DNA from: an uncultured Gammaproteobacteria bacterium
GTDB lineage: Bacteria; Patescibacteriota; Patescibacteriia; Magasanikbacterales; GWA2-37-8
Reading direction: 5' to 3'
NCBI GenBank assembly: GCA_964536725.1
Contig: CAZHYJ010000003.1
Coordinates: 39,065 to 103,064 of the forward strand
Length of the DNA stretch: 64,000 nt
The position numbers were made by a program, and so were the translations under genes. This document shows positions 60,077 through 64,000 of this stretch, one piece after another; positions within the stretch are counted from its first letter, which is position 1, and the number at the start of each line of letters is the position of its first letter. Under the pieces are notes generated by a model. It did not search any database and was not told where the DNA came from. It worked only from the letters and a program-made list of their open reading frames with translations.

Positions 60077-60697
60077 ATGTCTTTTTCTGAATCAGAACCA
60101 AAATTTGAGCGAATGTCTGTTGATGAGCTGGTAAAAATTAGAGGTAGTATAAAATCCCAGCTGTCAGCATATTCAAAAGATAGTGGGGTTTCCTTTAAAG
60201 ATCATTGTCAGCAGGTTTTAGAAAAATTTTTGCAGCAACTAAAATCCCAGAAGGATAAGTTTAAACAAGTGTTTACCACTGAGAGCGGTTCGATTTATTT
60301 TATTGTTGATACTGGTCAATGTTTAAGGTTTAAAAAGGGAACGACTTTATTCAATGATCCAGATAAGAAATATTGGGAGATTGGCGAGGTGATGCAAAAT
60401 ATTTTGTTTTTAGACGAGTCTGTTAGGGATGATTTGTTAAAAACAGCGAAAAGAGATATGAAATCCCCTGAAGGTTATTATGTCTCTGCTCTTTGGAAAC
60501 ACCCTATCCCACATTCAGATTTTGGTGTTGAAAAATATCCTTTCGAGTTTGGCATCGTGGGTGACAGGCGAGTGGCGGATATTGAAGATAAAAATGGTGT
60601 ATTAGTAGTCAACGGAATATCATGTGGTAAAGAGGTGATAGAGGCCGGGTTTCCGCCCCTTCATTTTGGGCATAAGATAACAACATCTCTGAAGTAA
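60077..60697 (+). CDS. hypothetical protein
   Basis: 206 aa, translationally coupled to ligA; no motif recognised. Confidence 0.4.
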   Translation: MSFSESEPKFERMSVDELVKIRGSIKSQLSAYSKDSGVSFKDHCQQVLEKFLQQLKSQKDKFKQVFTTESGSIYFIVDTGQCLRFKKGTTLFNDPDKKYWEIGEVMQNILFLDESVRDDLLKTAKRDMKSPEGYYVSALWKHPIPHSDFGVEKYPFEFGIVGDRRVADIEDKNGVLVVNGISCGKEVIEAGFPPLHFGHKITTSLK

Positions 60698-60807
60698 TAT
60701 TTTACGACTAGGCTATGGACTATTTTACCAAAATTTGTGGTATAATATCTGAGTGAATTTTTAACAGTGTTTTAATTATCTAATTGAAAAATATGGGAAC
60801 AGAAACA

Positions 60808-60987
60808 TGACCAGTCCTACGTATGAGGCGTATAGACGATTGGATAGAATCGTGATTGATGCCACAACAGCAGGAGATCCTAGGTTAGTGGCAGAACTAT
60901 TAAAGGAGGCTATCACATGTCTGGATAAGATGAAGGGGAAAACATCAGGGCCAGAAGCAGAAAAATTAACTCTTTATACCGCGTAAT
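60808..60987 (+). CDS. small ORF (59 aa), uncertain
   Basis: MTSPTYEAYRRLDRIVIDATTAGDPRLVAELLKEAITCLDKMKGKTSGPEAEKLTLYTA. Confidence 0.2.
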
Positions 60988-61003
60988 AAATTTTTTTTGG
61001 CTT

Positions 61004-63949
61004 ATGTATATTCGCTGGTTCAAAGAATTAACAATTAAAGATATTCCGATTGTCGGTGGCAAGACGGCTTCTTTGGGCGAAATGTATCAAGGTTTAAAGA
61101 AACAGGGCGTGGATGTCCCGAATGGTTTTGCGTTGACCGCTGAGGCTTATCGCGAATTTTTGAAATACAACCGATTGGACAAAAAGATTAAAGAGACTTT
61201 GAAAGGGTTGGATGTAAAAAATATTCGCGAATTAAGTAAGGCGGGAGAAAAAGTGCGTAGTCTAATTTTGTCCGGTATTTTCCCGAAAGAGATGGTAGAA
61301 GAAATACGTGTAGCTTACAAAGAATTATCAAAAGAATACAAAAAAGAAAGCGTGGATGTAGCGGTGCGTTCGTCTGCCACAGCGGAAGATTTGCCAGACG
61401 CCAGTTTTGCTGGTCAGCAGGAAACATATTTAAATGTACGGGGAGAAAAGATGTTGCTCGACTCAGTGAGAAAATGTTTGGCGTCGCTGTTTACCGATCG
61501 TGCCATCTCCTATCGTGAAGACAAAGGGTTTGATCATTTGAGTATTGCGTTATCGGTTTGTGTGCAAAAAATGATCCGTTCGGACGTGGGTTCGTCTGGG
61601 GTAATGTTCACTTTGGACACGGAGTCAGGCTTTAAAGGAGTAGTATTAATCAACGCCGCCTACGGTTTGGGCGAATACGTCGTGAAGGGTCGGGTTGTTC
61701 CGGATCAGTTCTATGTTTTCAAAGGTGGTTTAGAAAAAGGTTTTAAATCGATTATCAGCCGACGTTTGGGTACCAAAGAAGTAAAGTTGGTATATGGCCC
61801 CCAAAGTGGCACGAAACAAGAAAAAGTAAAAATATCTGACCAGAAACAATTTTGTTTAACTGAAGACGAAGTGGTGCAACTGGCGAAGTGGGGCGTAATG
61901 ATTGAAAAACATTATGGTCACCCAATGGATATTGAATGGGCGAAAGATGGTATTACTAAACAATTGTACATTGTCCAGGCGCGTTCAGAGACAGTGAAGT
62001 CTCAAGCTAGTAAGACAGTAATTGAGACCTACCGTTTGAAAAAGAAAGGTGAAGTGTTGGCCAGTGGTGCTAGTGTCGGCCAAAAGATTGGTCAAGGGAA
62101 AGTGCGAATTATTAATTCACCAAAACAATTAAACCAGTTTAAAGCCGGTGAGGTTTTAGTGACCCGTATTACTGATCCAGATTGGGAGCCGATTATGCGT
62201 ATCGCGGCGGCGATTGTGACGGAGCAGGGTGGTAAAACATCACATGCGGCGATTGTGTCGCGCGAATTGGGCATTCCTTGTATTGTCGGGGCGGCCAAAG
62301 TTAGACAACTTTTGAAAGCCGGGACTGAGGTAACAGTGTCTTGTGCGGAAGGGGAAGTGGGATATATTTACAAAGGACGTTTACCATTTGAAGTAGAAAC
62401 GACAGAATTAAAAAATATTTCTAACACTAAAACTAAAGTAATGATGAATGTGGGTGATCCAGATTCGGCTTTCACATTGGCGGCACTACCGAATGACGGT
62501 GTAGGTTTAGCGCGCGAAGAGTTTATCTTTACCAACTTTATCAAAATCCATCCAATGGCGTTGGTAAATTACAGCAGTATTAAAAACAAAAAAGCAAAAG
62601 AAAAAATCGATGCATTAACTTGGGGATACAAAGACAAGTCGCAATTTTGTATAGATCGTTTAGCCGAAGGTATTGCTTTTATCGCTTCCGCCTTTTATCC
62701 ACACGATGTGATTGTGCGTTTGTCGGATTTTAAAACTAATGAATATGCCACTTTGATTGGTGGGGCGGATTATGAACCGAAAGAAGAAAACCCGATGATT
62801 GGTTGGCGTGGGGCGAGTCGATACTATGATCCGAAATACAAGGCGGGTTTCAAGTTGGAATGTGCCGCTTTGAAAAAAGTGCGCGAAGAATGGGGTTTGA
62901 AAAATGTCATTATCATGGTGCCATTTTGTCGCACTGTAGAAGAAGGAGAAAAAGTTTTAGCGACAATGAAAGAATTTGGTTTGGAGCGGGGTAAAAATGG
63001 TTTGCAGGTATATGTGATGTGCGAGATCCCATCAAATGTAATTTTGGCGAAAGAATTTGCCCAAATTTTTGATGGGTTTAGTATTGGTTCAAATGATCTA
63101 ACACAACTAACTCTCGGTGTAGATCGTGACTCAGCATTGGTTAGCCATATTTACAACGAACGCAATTTGGCGGTGAAGACTCTGATTCGTCAGGTGATTA
63201 AAGCGGCACATGATGCGAAACGCAAAGTGGGTATTTGTGGGCAGGCACCGAGTGACTATCCGGAGTTTGCAGAATTTCTTGTACAAGAGGGGATTGACAG
63301 TATTTCATTAAATCCAGATACCGTTGTAAAAACCAAAGAGCGGATTGCGCGTATGGAAGAAAAGTTGGGTCAGAGAAAAAATGTTTTTAATACCAGTAGT
63401 GCCACTAAGGCGTTGTCGGTGCTAGGTGTAGCCGGTTTGACTTTTATGTTAGCAGGTTACGGTTGTGAAGCGGTGAGTTATCGCCAAAATGCGGATGATA
63501 TTAAACAGACAGTTACCGAGCAGTTGGGGCAATTTAAAAGTGAGTTTCAGGCGGAGATAAAAAAGATGGGAGAAGAAAAGAAGGATGTATACAAAGAAGA
63601 AGGGTTTGCTAATTTTACTCTGCAATATCCAAGCGCTTGGCAAGTCAGTCATTGGGCGGACGGGGTAAAATTCTCTTCAGTGGATGGTAAAGAATATTTA
63701 ATGGTATTTGTACAAAAGATGGGACATCCGGTTGCGGAAAACAAAATATCAACTACCACTTTCTTTAATTATCCGGCGAAGCGGCTGGTGGATAGCGGCT
63801 TGAAGGGGGATGGAACGGATGAGAATTATGAAGTGTTGGAGGTGTATCCGGAAGGTTACAAAAAGAACGAAGGGATTATCGAGATTAGAAGCAATGGTGG
63901 AAAGTTGGCGGAGCGGTTGAAGGAGATAACGGAGTTTAAGGTGAAATAA
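61004..63949 (+). CDS. ppsA: phosphoenolpyruvate synthase (pyruvate, water dikinase) with about 190 aa C-terminal extension
   Basis: ATP-grasp N-domain, phosphohistidine domain (GGKTSHAAIVSRELGIPCIVG) and PEP-utilising TIM-barrel; 981 aa, longer than a typical PpsA as recalled (E. coli about 790 aa); extension has a signal-peptide-like stretch. Confidence 0.85.
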   Translation: MYIRWFKELTIKDIPIVGGKTASLGEMYQGLKKQGVDVPNGFALTAEAYREFLKYNRLDKKIKETLKGLDVKNIRELSKAGEKVRSLILSGIFPKEMVEEIRVAYKELSKEYKKESVDVAVRSSATAEDLPDASFAGQQETYLNVRGEKMLLDSVRKCLASLFTDRAISYREDKGFDHLSIALSVCVQKMIRSDVGSSGVMFTLDTESGFKGVVLINAAYGLGEYVVKGRVVPDQFYVFKGGLEKGFKSIISRRLGTKEVKLVYGPQSGTKQEKVKISDQKQFCLTEDEVVQLAKWGVMIEKHYGHPMDIEWAKDGITKQLYIVQARSETVKSQASKTVIETYRLKKKGEVLASGASVGQKIGQGKVRIINSPKQLNQFKAGEVLVTRITDPDWEPIMRIAAAIVTEQGGKTSHAAIVSRELGIPCIVGAAKVRQLLKAGTEVTVSCAEGEVGYIYKGRLPFEVETTELKNISNTKTKVMMNVGDPDSAFTLAALPNDGVGLAREEFIFTNFIKIHPMALVNYSSIKNKKAKEKIDALTWGYKDKSQFCIDRLAEGIAFIASAFYPHDVIVRLSDFKTNEYATLIGGADYEPKEENPMIGWRGASRYYDPKYKAGFKLECAALKKVREEWGLKNVIIMVPFCRTVEEGEKVLATMKEFGLERGKNGLQVYVMCEIPSNVILAKEFAQIFDGFSIGSNDLTQLTLGVDRDSALVSHIYNERNLAVKTLIRQVIKAAHDAKRKVGICGQAPSDYPEFAEFLVQEGIDSISLNPDTVVKTKERIARMEEKLGQRKNVFNTSSATKALSVLGVAGLTFMLAGYGCEAVSYRQNADDIKQTVTEQLGQFKSEFQAEIKKMGEEKKDVYKEEGFANFTLQYPSAWQVSHWADGVKFSSVDGKEYLMVFVQKMGHPVAENKISTTTFFNYPAKRLVDSGLKGDGTDENYEVLEVYPEGYKKNEGIIEIRSNGGKLAERLKEITEFKVK

Positions 63950-63964
63950 AAGAACAAACAAAAA

Positions 63965-63997
63965 ACACCACGATTTGGTCGTGGTGTTTTTTAATCT
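63965..63997 (+). terminator. rho-independent terminator after ppsA
   Basis: ACACCACGA-TTTGG-TCGTGGTGT followed by TTTTTT. Confidence 0.65.
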
Positions 63998-64000
63998 CTT

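Overview
This 64 kb window reads as an AT-rich (about 36-40% GC) bacterial chromosome segment with small, tightly packed genes. The gene content suggests a reduced-genome, possibly CPR/Patescibacteria-like organism, though that lineage call is inference. The backbone is housekeeping and most calls rest on recognisable motifs. It includes tsaB, mreB, holB, frr, glyQS, tpiA, rpmG, a DEAD-box helicase, secA, secD/secF, dus, folD, dnaX, cysS, a type IV pilus cluster (pilM, receiver, pilin, pilD), ligA, ppsA, and four + strand tRNAs (Thr, Thr, Tyr, Trp) plus a - strand tRNA-Gln.

The main accessory features are:
- An integrated element of about 10.2 kb directly 3' of secA (about 21.48-31.73 kb). 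It is bounded by imperfect 60-70 bp direct repeats that copy the secA 3' end plus its terminator hairpin. It carries a large serine recombinase, an ArdC-N-like protein, a SymE-like toxin, a possible RecT-like annealing protein, a Cys-rich secreted repeat protein and an S49 (SppA-like) protease. It is followed by a Fic gene flanked by two near-identical 35-nt dyad-symmetric sites, i.e. tandem site-specific insertions at one attB.
- A paired VirB4-like module that is not inside a canonical T4SS locus: a membrane-anchored FtsK/HerA-superfamily ATPase next to dnaX, plus a separate paralog of its N-terminal domain.
- A three-gene cluster that resembles a split transcobalamin/intrinsic-factor-like capture system: a secreted alpha/alpha-toroid protein, a DUF4430 protein and an ECF S-component.
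- SecD with tandem parvulin (PpiC) domains inserted in its periplasmic head.
- Two short high-GC islands (about 44.1-44.6 kb and 47.44-48.35 kb) that do not match the host composition.
- A tRNA-Gln with an adjacent duplicated 3'-end fragment.

No CRISPR array and no rRNA were found. All functional calls come from reading the translated ORFs; none was checked against a database.
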